From positions 2,851 through 66,850 of the forward strand of contig DATKEC010000044.1 in NCBI GenBank assembly GCA_035544575.1: a DNA stretch of 64,000 nucleotides, read 5' to 3'. Position numbers and translations under genes: made by a program. Numbering within the stretch: the stretch's first letter is position 1; every line of letters starts with the position of its first letter. The notes under the pieces are model-generated. The model had not been told where the DNA came from. It did not search any database and saw only the letters and a program-made list of their open reading frames with translations. Shown here one piece after another: positions 28,434-38,323 of the stretch. This DNA is from Acidimicrobiia bacterium. Lineage in GTDB: Bacteria > Actinomycetota > Acidimicrobiia > Spongiisociales > ZC4RG35.

Positions 28434-29375
28434 TCAGTCCCGCAGAGCTTTGCCGGTGAGATGCAAGAAGACAGCTTCGAGGTCGGGTTCGATGACCTGC
28501 AGCGACGTCACCGTCAAGTGATGGCTGGACATGGCGGCGAGCACTGCCGGGAGCACCGACGCCGCGTCGTCTGCCAGCAAGTCGTACCTGCCGTCGGCCG
28601 CCGTCGCTCCGCCGATGCCGGCGATGGACTCGATCGAGCTCAGCACACCATCCATCGGACCGCCCGCCTCGACCACGATCCGGTCCTTCTCGCCGATGAG
28701 TGCGACGAGTTCCCTCCGGTTTCCCTCCGCTTTGATCTCGCCGTCGTCGATGATGCCGACCCGATCGCACAACCTCTCGGCTTCCTCCATGTAGTGGGTG
28801 GTGTAGAGCACGGCCATTCCGACCGACGAGAGCTGTTCGACCGCCTCGAGGATGGCGTTGCGGGACTGCGGGTCCACGCCGACCGTGGGTTCGTCGAGGA
28901 TGAGGAGAGCCGGCTCGTGGAGCAGCCCGATCGCGATGTTCAGGCGGCGTTTCATCCCGCCGGAGTATTCCTTCGCCTGGTCGTCGGCTCGATCTGCGAG
29001 GCCGACCACTTCGAGTACATGATCGATGCGGCGGGTGAGCTGATCTCCCGCCAACTCGTAGAGGCGACCGAAGAATCCCAGATTCTCCCTCGCCGACAGA
29101 TCGGGATAGATCGCAAGTTCCTGGGGCACGAGACCCACGGCCTTCTTGGGGCGGGTGGTACGCGTCGTCAGCGGCTGGCCCAACACCATCACCGACCCGG
29201 CGTCGGGCTCGAGCAAGCCGGCGATGATGTTGATCGACGTGGTCTTGCCCGCTCCATTCGGCCCGAGCAATCCGTAGGTCTCACCGGGCTCGATGTGAAA
29301 CGCCACGCCTCGAACGGCGCGGATGTCCCCGAAGCTCTTGGTGATCCCGTCCACCGTCAGAACTGGTCCGGTCAT
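28434..29375 (-). CDS. ABC exporter ATP-binding protein
   Basis: GPNGAGKT, YSGGMKRR, ILDEPTVGVD, TTHYMEE, C-terminal DLEAVFLHLTG. Confidence 0.95.
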   Translation of the reverse strand: MTGPVLTVDGITKSFGDIRAVRGVAFHIEPGETYGLLGPNGAGKTTSINIIAGLLEPDAGSVMVLGQPLTTRTTRPKKAVGLVPQELAIYPDLSARENLGFFGRLYELAGDQLTRRIDHVLEVVGLADRADDQAKEYSGGMKRRLNIAIGLLHEPALLILDEPTVGVDPQSRNAILEAVEQLSSVGMAVLYTTHYMEEAERLCDRVGIIDDGEIKAEGNRRELVALIGEKDRIVVEAGGPMDGVLSSIESIAGIGGATAADGRYDLLADDAASVLPAVLAAMSSHHLTVTSLQVIEPDLEAVFLHLTGKALRD

Positions 29376-29677
29376 ATCGGCTCCCGCGTGGAATCGATGA
29401 TCGCCTGCAGCACTTCGAGATGCTCCGTGAGGGCCCGGCGCCCCGCTCTCGTGGCGAGGACCCATGTCCGGCTGCGGCCATGGGAGCGCTTCTCGATCTC
29501 GACGAAACCCGCTTCGGAGAGAACCTGGAGATGCCGGTTCAGGTTGCCGTCCGTGACGTCGAGCCTGTCCCGCAGGTAGGTGAATTCGACGAGATCGGCC
29601 TCCGAGAGGACGGCGAGAATCCCGAGCCGCACCCGCTGATGGACGACCTCGTCGAGATCAGAGGTGGGATGGCTCAC
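29372..29677 (-). CDS. Winged-helix transcriptional regulator (MarR-like HTH_34 type)
   Basis: LDEVVHQRVRLGILAVL..VEFTYLRDRLDVTDGNLNRHLQVLSEAGFV. Overlaps both neighbouring genes by 4 nt. Confidence 0.9.
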   Translation of the reverse strand: MSHPTSDLDEVVHQRVRLGILAVLSEADLVEFTYLRDRLDVTDGNLNRHLQVLSEAGFVEIEKRSHGRSRTWVLATRAGRRALTEHLEVLQAIIDSTREPI

Positions 29678-30228
29678 GTCAGCCACCGACTGTGGCTGGC
29701 CTTGGCGGCGAAGACCAGAGCCAGCGACAACAGGCCGCCAAAGGTCATCGAAGTCGACCACGGGTCCACCGCGATCGCCGCGAGGACCGCGAAGGTCGCG
29801 GTCAGGAGCCAGAGAGCCTGTGACAGCCGACGCTCGCCCTCCAGGCCGAGCAGGACCGCGAACCCGCCTGCGAACACGACCCACAGCCACACCAGCGGCC
29901 AGCGACCCGGAAGGATGAAGCCTCCTCCCGTGGTGAGCACGATCATGCCAGCCGTGGTCAGCCAGTACGGACGGTCGCGCCGTCGTACCCGAGAATCCGA
30001 ATCGGTGTTCCAGCGGTCGGCGACCATCGTCGCTCCGAGCCCGAGCGGCACTGCCAGTGTCCAATACCACCGGGCAGGCCCGTGGAATCCGGGTACCGCC
30101 AGCATGACGACGAACCCGAGAGAAATGACCGCCCACACCAGGAGCCACCGCCACGCTCCCGCAGAGAGATCGGCATGGGTCCGCCGCTTGATCGACACCA
30201 GTTCATCGAGGAGTTCCGAGTGGTTCAT
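29674..30228 (-). CDS. Multi-TM membrane protein (usual partner of HTH_34 regulators)
   Basis: ~6 hydrophobic helices; start MNHSELLDEL. Confidence 0.8.
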   Translation of the reverse strand: MNHSELLDELVSIKRRTHADLSAGAWRWLLVWAVISLGFVVMLAVPGFHGPARWYWTLAVPLGLGATMVADRWNTDSDSRVRRRDRPYWLTTAGMIVLTTGGGFILPGRWPLVWLWVVFAGGFAVLLGLEGERRLSQALWLLTATFAVLAAIAVDPWSTSMTFGGLLSLALVFAAKASHSRWLT

Positions 30229-30238
30229 GGCGCCGGGA

Positions 30239-30267
30239 ACTTTGCAGTACAAAGTCCGGTTTGTCAA
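30239..30267 (-). promoter_or_regulatory. Promoter and palindromic operator of the membrane-wHTH-ABC operon
   Basis: TTGACA (30267-30262)-N17-CAAAGT. Inverted repeat ACTTTG-N5-CAAAGT at 30239-30255 covers the -10. Confidence 0.65.
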
Positions 30268-30292
30268 GCCAACGCAGACCCGCCTGCGGTTA

Positions 30293-31681
30293 TCAGATGG
30301 TCGAGGCGCTGCCGAAGGACACGACGAATCCGCTTTGGGCTTTCGTCGGCTCGGCACAGCAGAACCACGATTCGGTGAGTCCGGGACGGCCGCGTGTCAC
30401 CGACGCCGGGCGCTCGACCTGACGCCGGTCGCCACCAGTCATCTCGACGGCGTCCGCCCACATCTCGACCAGCGTGTCCACCGGATCCTCACCCGCCTCG
30501 GCGGCGAATTCGGCACGCTCGGCCAGCCGGCGCTGAAGGACATCGGACTCCGGATGAAGCGACTTCCAGGGATACGAGAGAAGAATCTCGTCGTAGGGAC
30601 CCACCACACCGGACACCTCGTCGAGCGCGAGCATGAGCGAGTGGCGCGGGATCAGCAGGCGAATGGAGAGCTGGACAGGGTCAGTCGAACCGAGGAGGTC
30701 GTGGCCGGCCAGGAACTCGAAGATGCCAACCAGATCCGCGGGACGAGTCCAAGGCACGAAGGGCATCCAGGACGGGTGGACATCGATGCCGTGTTCCCGG
30801 GCTCGGCTTACGACGACCGCCATGTCCGCAGCAGTGTGGCCCTTGTCGAGCAACGCGAGAGTCCGATCGTCGGTCGTCTCGAACGCAGAGACCACGAAGA
30901 GCGTCCCGGCGGCAGCGAGGCGGCCCAGCAAGTCGTCATGGCCCCGCAGGTGCTCGACCTTGATCGTGAGGTCGTGGGTGAGTTCCGGATGGCGGCGGTG
31001 GACCTCTTCCAGCACGTCGAGTGCGTGGCGGGGTCCGTTGAGGAAGTCGGGGTCGCCCCAGGTGATGTGACGCGCCCCCATCTCCACCTGGGCATCGACG
31101 TCAGACACGACGACATCACGCGCGACCACCCGGTACCGGCCGTCGTAGACCGCCGGGATGGGACAGTGACGACAGCGATGCCGGCAGCCGTGTGACGCCT
31201 CGACATATCCGGCAAGACGCTCTTCCTCCCCGATCCGCAAACGTCCGTACCGCGCGAGTGCAGGGAGAGCCCGCCGGGCTGGAACATTGAACGAACCGTT
31301 GGCGAGCGATATCCGGGTCCCCACCGGGGGCATCCCGGCATCGACCCACGACACCAGATCAGGCTCGTACTCACCGACGAACCGAGCGGCGACTCCGTCC
31401 TGTGTTCCCTCGCCCGCATAGAGCCCGTAGAGGGCGACGGGAACGACGGGATCGACTTCGCGTACGGCTGTGACCACGTCCTGGGCGAGGCGGCTGGCGG
31501 TGTGCATCGGCACCGAGATCGCGATGGCGTCATGGCCGACGAGCGCGTCTTCGGGCATCGAGTCGACAGCAGTGTCGAGGACCGACACGTCGTGACCGCC
31601 GGCTTCGAGTGCGGCCGCCGGCGAGGCGACACCGATGGGTTGGTGCCCGAGTTCATAGGTTGAGATCAGCAGCACGCGCAC
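30293..31681 (-). CDS. CUAEP/CCAEP-tail radical SAM protein (Cys form)
   Basis: MRVLLISTYELGHQP, B12-binding-like N-terminus, GCRHRCRHCP (CX3CX2C), C-terminal SWFCCAEP. Leaderless TAGAGT-N6-GTG. Confidence 0.9.
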   Translation of the reverse strand: MRVLLISTYELGHQPIGVASPAAALEAGGHDVSVLDTAVDSMPEDALVGHDAIAISVPMHTASRLAQDVVTAVREVDPVVPVALYGLYAGEGTQDGVAARFVGEYEPDLVSWVDAGMPPVGTRISLANGSFNVPARRALPALARYGRLRIGEEERLAGYVEASHGCRHRCRHCPIPAVYDGRYRVVARDVVVSDVDAQVEMGARHITWGDPDFLNGPRHALDVLEEVHRRHPELTHDLTIKVEHLRGHDDLLGRLAAAGTLFVVSAFETTDDRTLALLDKGHTAADMAVVVSRAREHGIDVHPSWMPFVPWTRPADLVGIFEFLAGHDLLGSTDPVQLSIRLLIPRHSLMLALDEVSGVVGPYDEILLSYPWKSLHPESDVLQRRLAERAEFAAEAGEDPVDTLVEMWADAVEMTGGDRRQVERPASVTRGRPGLTESWFCCAEPTKAQSGFVVSFGSASTI

Positions 31682-31701
31682 CCGGTGACTCTACGGCTGC
31701 C

Positions 31702-32607
31702 ATGGCGTTTACCGTGCTGGCGATGCATCGGCGCTATGAGATTCTGCAGGGGACTCCGATCACGATCGAAGACCACGGCGGCGAGGGTCAGCCCATCGTG
31801 GCCATTCACGGGCTGGGCGGATCGGCAGGCAACTGGTCGCTCGTGGGTCCACGGCTGGCCGAGGTGGGCCGCATGCTGGCACTCGACCTTCCCGGTCACG
31901 GCCGGTCCGGTCCGGCGCCGAGCCACGACCTCGAGGCCCACACTCGTACGGTGGTCGACGCCATCGAACTCCACGGGTTCCGCCGGGTGATCCTCGTCGC
32001 CAACTCCATGGGCGGTCTCGTGGCGAAGTTGGTGGTGGCAACCCGGCCTGACCTGGTGGGCGCACTCGTGCTCCTCGCTCCAGCCACGCCACTTCCCACC
32101 ATCGTTGTCCCATCGAATCCCGCGGTCGCAGCCCGGCTCGCCGTTCAGTCGTTGCCCGGGATAGGGCCCCTCGCGACGGCCGCCATCAGGGCCCGTTTCA
32201 CGCCGCGGGGCCAGGTCGAAGAGACACTTCGAATTGTCATGCACGACCCGACGCGCTTGCCCGCAGATGCTTTCGAACGAGCGGTCGAACTGGTTCGGCT
32301 CCGACGGACGATGCCATGGGCGAGTCGCGCCTTCGCCGAATCGGTGGCATCCGTCAGGCGGACCCTCATCCGCCGCTCGACGTATTACGGCATCCTGGAC
32401 GCAGTCTCCGTACCCACGACGATGATTTTCGGCTCCGAGGACCAGGTGGTCTCGCCGGTGGCGCTGAGATGGCTCGCTGGCCGGCAGAAGACTTGGCGGT
32501 CGATCGAGCTGGCAGAGACAGGTCACACGCCGATGTACGAGCGCCCCGACATCGTCGTCCGCGAGGTGGCTCGGGCCGTGGAGGCATTCGCGGCGCGTCC
32601 CGGCTGA
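31702..32607 (+). CDS. Alpha/beta hydrolase (start 31702 or 31723)
   Basis: IHGLGG, DLPGHG, ANSMGG, FGSEDQVV, TGHTP. Confidence 0.9.
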   Translation: MAFTVLAMHRRYEILQGTPITIEDHGGEGQPIVAIHGLGGSAGNWSLVGPRLAEVGRMLALDLPGHGRSGPAPSHDLEAHTRTVVDAIELHGFRRVILVANSMGGLVAKLVVATRPDLVGALVLLAPATPLPTIVVPSNPAVAARLAVQSLPGIGPLATAAIRARFTPRGQVEETLRIVMHDPTRLPADAFERAVELVRLRRTMPWASRAFAESVASVRRTLIRRSTYYGILDAVSVPTTMIFGSEDQVVSPVALRWLAGRQKTWRSIELAETGHTPMYERPDIVVREVARAVEAFAARPG

Positions 32608-32732
32608 ACGTCCCGAACACCCCAGAGGAAGGGGGGACTCCGGGGTGCTCGGTCATGAGACCCGTCGGCGGCGCCACATCCGGCATAAGGGGCCCGGGCT
32701 CGGTATCTGCCAGCGTGGGTAGGCTCAATCCC

Positions 32733-35447
32733 ATGGACCGCCAGCCCAATCTCACCTACATCGACGGCTTCGTCCACCAACTCCACGACTCCGACCCGGC
32801 AGAGACCCAGGAGTGGATCGACTCCCTCGACGCCGTCGTCGCACACGAAGGGGACGTGCGCGGCCGCTTTCTGATGGCAAAACTGTTGGAACGCGCCCAT
32901 CAGCGCGCCCTCGGGGTTCCTGGCTCGATCTCGACGCCGTACATCAACACCATCCCCGTCGAGGAAGAACCCGAATACCCGGGCGACGAGTGGCTCGAGA
33001 AGCGGATCCGGCGGTTCATCCGATGGAACGCGGCCGTCATGGTGATCAAGGCCAACCACAAGGCCAAGGGCATCGGCGGCCATCTCTCGACGTTTGCCTC
33101 GTCGGCTCTGTTGTACGAGGTCGGCTTCAACCACTTCTTCCGGGGGAAGGCAGACGGAACTCCGGGCGACGCGGTCTACATCCAGGGCCATGCCGCACCT
33201 GGCATCTATGCCAGGGCGTTCCTCGAAGGCCGGCTGGACGAGAACCAGCTCGACAACTTCCGCACCGAGGTCGGAACCCCCGGGCTCTCTTCGTATCCAC
33301 ACCCCCGGCTGATGCCCGAGTTCTGGGAGTACCCCACCGTCTCGATGGGGCTCGGACCCATCAACTCGCTGTACCAGGCCCGGTTCAACAAGTACCTGCA
33401 CAACCGGGGCATCGACGACACATCGGACTCCCGGGTGTGGTGTTTCATCGGCGACGGCGAAGTCGACGAGCCCGAGAGCCTGGGCAGCATCTCGCTCGCT
33501 CCCCGCGAAGGTCTCGACAACCTGACCTGGGTGATCAACTGCAACCTGCAGCGTCTGGACGGCCCGGTGCGTGGAAACGGCAAGATCATCCAGGAGCTCG
33601 AGGCCATCTTCCGCGGCGCCGGATGGAACGTGATCAAGGTCATCTGGGGAGCCAACTGGGATCCGATCCTCGACGCCGACCACGACGGAGCGCTCATCGA
33701 AGTGATGAACAGCACCGTCGACGGTGAGTATCAGCGGTACAAGGCCGAGAACGGCGCCTATGTTCGCCAGCACTTCTTCGGCAAGGATCCCCGCGCTCTG
33801 GCCCTCGTCGAACATCTCACCGACGACGAGATCTGGGACCTGCGTCGCGGCGGCCACGACGCCGGCAAGGTGTTCGCGGCCTACCAGGCCGCCACCTCCC
33901 TCAGCGGCGCCCCCACCGTCATCCTGGCCAAGACCATCAAGGGCTGGACCCTGGGCCCGGACGTCGAGGGCCGCAACGCCACGCATCAGATCAAGGAACT
34001 GACGAACAAGCAGTTGATGGAGATGCGGGCCCGGCTCCATCTCGAGGACGAGATCCCCGAGGAATCACTCCAGGGAGACCACGACCCGCCCTACTTCCGA
34101 CCCGAGCCCGGCACCCCCGAACACGACTACCTCATGGAACGGCGTTCGGTCCTCAACGGCCCCCTCCCCTCGAGGACATTGCCGATTCGGGTGCCACTCG
34201 ACCTCCCCAAGCCGGAGGTCTTCACCGAGATCTATCAGGGATCAGGCAAGGCAGAGGCGTCCACCACCACGGCTTTCACGCGCCTTCTCCGCAACATGGC
34301 TCGTGCGGAGAACTTCGGACCGAAGGTGGTTCCGATCGTTCCCGACGAGGCGCGCACCTTCGGCATGGACTCCCTCTTTCGCGAGCTGAAGATCTATGCC
34401 TCCCAGGGGCAGCTGTACGAATCCGTCGACGCCGCGATGCTGCTCGCCTACGTGGAAGCCAAGGACGGCCAGATCCTCGAAGAAGGCATCACCGAAGCCG
34501 GTTCAACCGCCTCCTGGCTGGCGGCCGCCACGTCGTACGCGACGCGCGGAGTGCCCCTCGTGCCCTTCTACATCTACTACTCGATGTTCGGATGGCAGCG
34601 TGTCGGAGATCTGCTGTGGGCGGCTGCAGACGCCCGAGCCCGCGGCTTTCTCATCGGGGCCACCGCCGGACGCACGACCTTGCAGGGCGAGGGGCTCCAA
34701 CACCAGGACGGCCACTCGCTCATCTTGTCGTCGGTCGTCCCGGTCTGCCGAGCCTATGACCCGGCCTTCGCCTACGAGATGGGTGTCGTCATCGAAGACG
34801 GTATCCAGCGCATGTACGGGGACTCCGAGGACGTCTACTACTACATCACGGCGTACAACGAGAACTACGTGCAGCCGCCCAAACCGGTGGACGTCGACCA
34901 GGGAATCCTCGACGGCCTCTACCGGTTCGCACCGGCCCCGGAGTCTCGCACTTCGGATGCAGCCGTCCTGTTCTCAGGTACGGCCCATCTGGCCGCCCGC
35001 GAGGCCCAGGGGATCCTCTCGGACGACTACGGCATCGGTGTCGAACTCTGGTCGGCGACGTCGTACAAGGCACTCAGGGAGGAGGCGATGGCGACCGAGC
35101 GATGGAACCTTCTCAACCCCACCGAGGAGCCGCGAGTCCCGATGGTCACGTCGCTCTTGTCGAAGATCGAAGGTCCGAAGATCGCCGTGACCGACTTCAT
35201 GCGAATCGTTCCGGACCAGGTGGGTCGATGGGTGCCCGGGGACTATGTGATCCTCGGGACCGACGGATTTGGCCGGTCGGACACCCGGGTCGAGCTGCGC
35301 AGGTTCTTCGAGACCGACGCCGCCCACGTCACCTACGCCGTGCTGTCCGGGCTGGCGCGGAGCGGACGGGTCGATGCGGCCACGGTCACATCCGCTGCCG
35401 AACGCTTCGACATAGCCACGGACTCGTCGCCACCGTGGACCCGCTGA
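32733..35447 (+). CDS. aceE: Pyruvate dehydrogenase E1, homodimeric
   Basis: DSDPAETQEWIDSL, GGHLSTFASS, YIQGHAAPG, TVSMGLGP, GDGEVDEPES, EGLQHQDGHS. Leaderless TAGGCT-N7-ATG. Confidence 0.96.
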   Translation: MDRQPNLTYIDGFVHQLHDSDPAETQEWIDSLDAVVAHEGDVRGRFLMAKLLERAHQRALGVPGSISTPYINTIPVEEEPEYPGDEWLEKRIRRFIRWNAAVMVIKANHKAKGIGGHLSTFASSALLYEVGFNHFFRGKADGTPGDAVYIQGHAAPGIYARAFLEGRLDENQLDNFRTEVGTPGLSSYPHPRLMPEFWEYPTVSMGLGPINSLYQARFNKYLHNRGIDDTSDSRVWCFIGDGEVDEPESLGSISLAPREGLDNLTWVINCNLQRLDGPVRGNGKIIQELEAIFRGAGWNVIKVIWGANWDPILDADHDGALIEVMNSTVDGEYQRYKAENGAYVRQHFFGKDPRALALVEHLTDDEIWDLRRGGHDAGKVFAAYQAATSLSGAPTVILAKTIKGWTLGPDVEGRNATHQIKELTNKQLMEMRARLHLEDEIPEESLQGDHDPPYFRPEPGTPEHDYLMERRSVLNGPLPSRTLPIRVPLDLPKPEVFTEIYQGSGKAEASTTTAFTRLLRNMARAENFGPKVVPIVPDEARTFGMDSLFRELKIYASQGQLYESVDAAMLLAYVEAKDGQILEEGITEAGSTASWLAAATSYATRGVPLVPFYIYYSMFGWQRVGDLLWAAADARARGFLIGATAGRTTLQGEGLQHQDGHSLILSSVVPVCRAYDPAFAYEMGVVIEDGIQRMYGDSEDVYYYITAYNENYVQPPKPVDVDQGILDGLYRFAPAPESRTSDAAVLFSGTAHLAAREAQGILSDDYGIGVELWSATSYKALREEAMATERWNLLNPTEEPRVPMVTSLLSKIEGPKIAVTDFMRIVPDQVGRWVPGDYVILGTDGFGRSDTRVELRRFFETDAAHVTYAVLSGLARSGRVDAATVTSAAERFDIATDSSPPWTR

Positions 35448-35559
35448 TTCCGGGCAACTCGCTGAGGCTCGAGACCCAGTTGAGCGCCTGACCGTCGAAA
35501 TCCCTTGGTCGAACCCTTCGACGCGCCGATAGAGCGCTGTACACGAAGGAGCGACCTGG

Positions 35560-37683
35560 ATGGAGTCCCGCCCTCCACACAGCGAGGACCGGTGGCGATC
35601 GCGGCGGCTCGCGGCTGGGCTGCTGCGCGCGCTCATACTCCTCGTCCCGATCGGCGCCGGCTTCGGCGTGGGCTGGATGGTTGCCTCCGCGCTCCCCTCA
35701 CCGACGACTTCCACTGACGTCGCGTTCTGGTGGATTGCCATCGTCGCCGTCTCCACTGTCAGCGCGACGGCGGTCGACCGCCTGGCGCGACAACTCCTCC
35801 CCCTCGCTGCACTCCTCCAGATGACGATGCTCTTCCCCGACGCTGCCCCGTCCCGGCTGCGGACTGCCCGGAGGGCCGGCAACGTCTCGGAACTGCGCAA
35901 GCGAATCGTCGAGGCGGGCAGGGAGGGGGCGAACAGCGACATCGGGGAGATGGCCGAGATGGTGCTCTCGCTTTCGACTGCGCTCACGAACCACGATCGC
36001 AGGACACGGGGCCATTCGGAGCGGACCCGTGTCTATACCGACCTGATCGCCGAGGAGATGGGGCTCGCCGAACCCGACCGGGATCGTCTGCGCTGGGCCG
36101 CTCTCCTCCACGACGTCGGCAAGCTCGAGGTCCCGGCGGAGATCCTCAACAAGGACTCGGCGCTCGACGACGCCGAATGGGCAGTCGTCAAAGAGCACCC
36201 TGTGCACGGGATGAGACTCGTCGCCCCGCTGGTGCCGTGGCTCGGTGGGTGGGCCAGGACGATCGAACACCATCACGAGCGCTACGACGGCACCGGCTAT
36301 CCCCATGGCCTGGCGGGCGACGCGATCTGTCTCGGGGCGCGAATCGTGACCGTTGCCGACGCCTACGACGTCATGACGAGCGGACGGTCGTACAAGACGG
36401 CAATGACCCCGGCTGCGGCCAGGGCCGAGATCGCCAGCATGGCCGGAGTGCAATTCGATCCGGTCGTGGCTCGCGCTCTCATGAACGTCTCGCTGGGCAA
36501 GCTTCGGTGGTCGGCAGGACCTCTTGCCGCGATGGCCCAGATTCCCTTCATCCGGGGGCTCCCGCAGATCGGGCGCGATCTGGCGATGGTTCTCACCACG
36601 TCGGCGGTGCTGACGACCGGCTTCGTGTCAGGCGTGATCGCCACACCCGACGGGATGCGGACGACGCCCACCGAGCTCATCGAGGTGCTGGTGGCCGGCG
36701 ACGCAATCCAACAATCCGTCATCCCGGCGCCGCGCAACGACTCCTTCCCGGTGGCAGCCGAAGCTCCGTGGCCCGGTGACGCGCTGGCGCTGACCGACGA
36801 CGCAGGCATTCCGCCGGCCGACCCCGAGATGATCGAATCCACCACGGCATCGACCGCCCCCTCTCCACCCACCGCCCGCAACGACGTCGCAACAACCGAC
36901 GAGGACACCCCGGTGACGATTGCGGTCCTGGCCAACGACGACGACCCGGACGACGATCTGGATCCGACGAGCCTCGCCATCGTGACGGGCCCGGCCAACG
37001 GCAGCGCGGTGGTCTCGGGCTCGTCGATCCGATACACACCCGACCGCGACTTCAACGGCTCGGACTCGCTCAACTATCGAATCTGTGACACCGGCGGACG
37101 TTGTGCCAGCGCCACCGTCTCCATCACGGTCGTGGCCATCAACGACCCGCCCCTCGCCCCCGCCGGTTCCGCCGCCACCGATGCGGGAGTGGCGATCTCG
37201 GTACCTCTCGGGTACTCGGATCCCGACGGCGACACGCTCACTTGCACGTTGGCTGCCTCACCCAGTGTCGGCGCCGCCACCGTGCCGGCGAACTGCGACC
37301 CCCTGCTGTATTCACCGCCCACCACGTTCGGCGGCGGCGTCACCGTGACGATTCAGGTCTCGGACGGAACAGTCGCCGTCACCGGCACCGTCACCATCAC
37401 GGTGACCGCCGTAGCATCGGTGACGGCCACGGACGACAGCGCTTCGGTGCGACCCAATGACAGCGTCAACCTGTCGCTGACCGCCAACGACACCGGACCC
37501 ATCGATCCGACCACGCTGCAGGTCGGCGGTGCCTCGGGGGGCACCGTCACCGTTCTCGGCAGTTCGGGGCGTGTCCGCTTCGACGCCGCACCCGGGTTCA
37601 CCGGCACCGCCACCTTCTCCTACACGATCTGCGGCACAGACGGCACATGCGCCAACGCCCTCGTCACCATCGAAGTGGGCTGA
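35560..37683 (+). CDS. Membrane HD-GYP phosphodiesterase fused to C-terminal Ig-like (Big_9/cadherin-like) repeats
   Basis: 2 TM; GHSERT, LLHDVGK, EHP, HHERYDGTGYPHGL, VADAYD; then a TM and Pro/Thr linker; ARNDVATTDEDTPVTIAVLANDDDPD, YTPDRDFNGSDSLNY, INDPP, LTANDT repeats. Confidence 0.85.
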   Translation: MESRPPHSEDRWRSRRLAAGLLRALILLVPIGAGFGVGWMVASALPSPTTSTDVAFWWIAIVAVSTVSATAVDRLARQLLPLAALLQMTMLFPDAAPSRLRTARRAGNVSELRKRIVEAGREGANSDIGEMAEMVLSLSTALTNHDRRTRGHSERTRVYTDLIAEEMGLAEPDRDRLRWAALLHDVGKLEVPAEILNKDSALDDAEWAVVKEHPVHGMRLVAPLVPWLGGWARTIEHHHERYDGTGYPHGLAGDAICLGARIVTVADAYDVMTSGRSYKTAMTPAAARAEIASMAGVQFDPVVARALMNVSLGKLRWSAGPLAAMAQIPFIRGLPQIGRDLAMVLTTSAVLTTGFVSGVIATPDGMRTTPTELIEVLVAGDAIQQSVIPAPRNDSFPVAAEAPWPGDALALTDDAGIPPADPEMIESTTASTAPSPPTARNDVATTDEDTPVTIAVLANDDDPDDDLDPTSLAIVTGPANGSAVVSGSSIRYTPDRDFNGSDSLNYRICDTGGRCASATVSITVVAINDPPLAPAGSAATDAGVAISVPLGYSDPDGDTLTCTLAASPSVGAATVPANCDPLLYSPPTTFGGGVTVTIQVSDGTVAVTGTVTITVTAVASVTATDDSASVRPNDSVNLSLTANDTGPIDPTTLQVGGASGGTVTVLGSSGRVRFDAAPGFTGTATFSYTICGTDGTCANALVTIEVG

Positions 37684-37702
37684 CGCCCGGAGTACCGGCG
37701 TG

Positions 37703-37720
37703 CCGTCGTTCGAACGACGG
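37703..37720. terminator. Perfect palindrome between convergent genes (possible bidirectional terminator)
   Basis: CCGTCGTTCGAACGACGG; no U-tract. Confidence 0.35.
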
Positions 37721-37725
37721 ACCTC

Positions 37726-38277
37726 TCATGTACGCCGCAACAGCCTCTTCACCCAAGCGATCAGGGATTCCAGGAACAGTGTGAAGCCTTTGACGTCGGC
37801 CGCCCTGACCTCTGCCGCTTCCTCAGGGGTCGCGGCGGCCAACTTGGCCTCGACACAGCTGACGAAGTCGCCGATGAGCCGGTTGGACATCTCGCTGATG
37901 AGACCCGTGCGGCCAAACTGGGCCGCGGCGCCGGACAACGTGACATCGGCGTCGATCTGGACCTTGGTCCCTCCGTCCGCCTCCTCGAGTCGGTACTGAA
38001 CCTTCACCTGGCCCCGGCTCCCGCCTCGGCGGTCTGCACCCTTGCCGTCGATCGTGCCCGAACGGCTCGACTCGTCGGGACTCACCGTGGCGTCGCCTTC
38101 GAAGTTGGCGGCCATCGGGCCCAGCTTCACCGAAACCTTGCCTGCGTAGCTCCCGTCGCCTCGATCCTCGGTGAGCTCGGCACCGGGGAGGCACTCCGCC
38201 ACAGACGGAACATCCTGGAAGAACGCCCAGACGGTGCTCACGGGACTGGCGACGGTGAATTCGTTCTCTATCTTCAT
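37726..38277 (-). CDS. coxG: CoxG/SRPBCC family protein
   Basis: MKIENEFTV..VWAFFQDVPSVAECLPGA, YAGKVSVKLGPM, GAAAQFGRTGLI. Confidence 0.88.
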   Translation of the reverse strand: MKIENEFTVASPVSTVWAFFQDVPSVAECLPGAELTEDRGDGSYAGKVSVKLGPMAANFEGDATVSPDESSRSGTIDGKGADRRGGSRGQVKVQYRLEEADGGTKVQIDADVTLSGAAAQFGRTGLISEMSNRLIGDFVSCVEAKLAAATPEEAAEVRAADVKGFTLFLESLIAWVKRLLRRT

Positions 38278-38323
38278 GGATGATCCTTCGCTGGCCTTCG
38301 TGCGGCCGAGAGTAGACGCCCCC

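Noticed and set aside
30350-30365. Selenocysteine (CUAEP) recoding in the radical SAM tail
   Set aside because: The codons are TGC TGT; there is no in-frame TGA.
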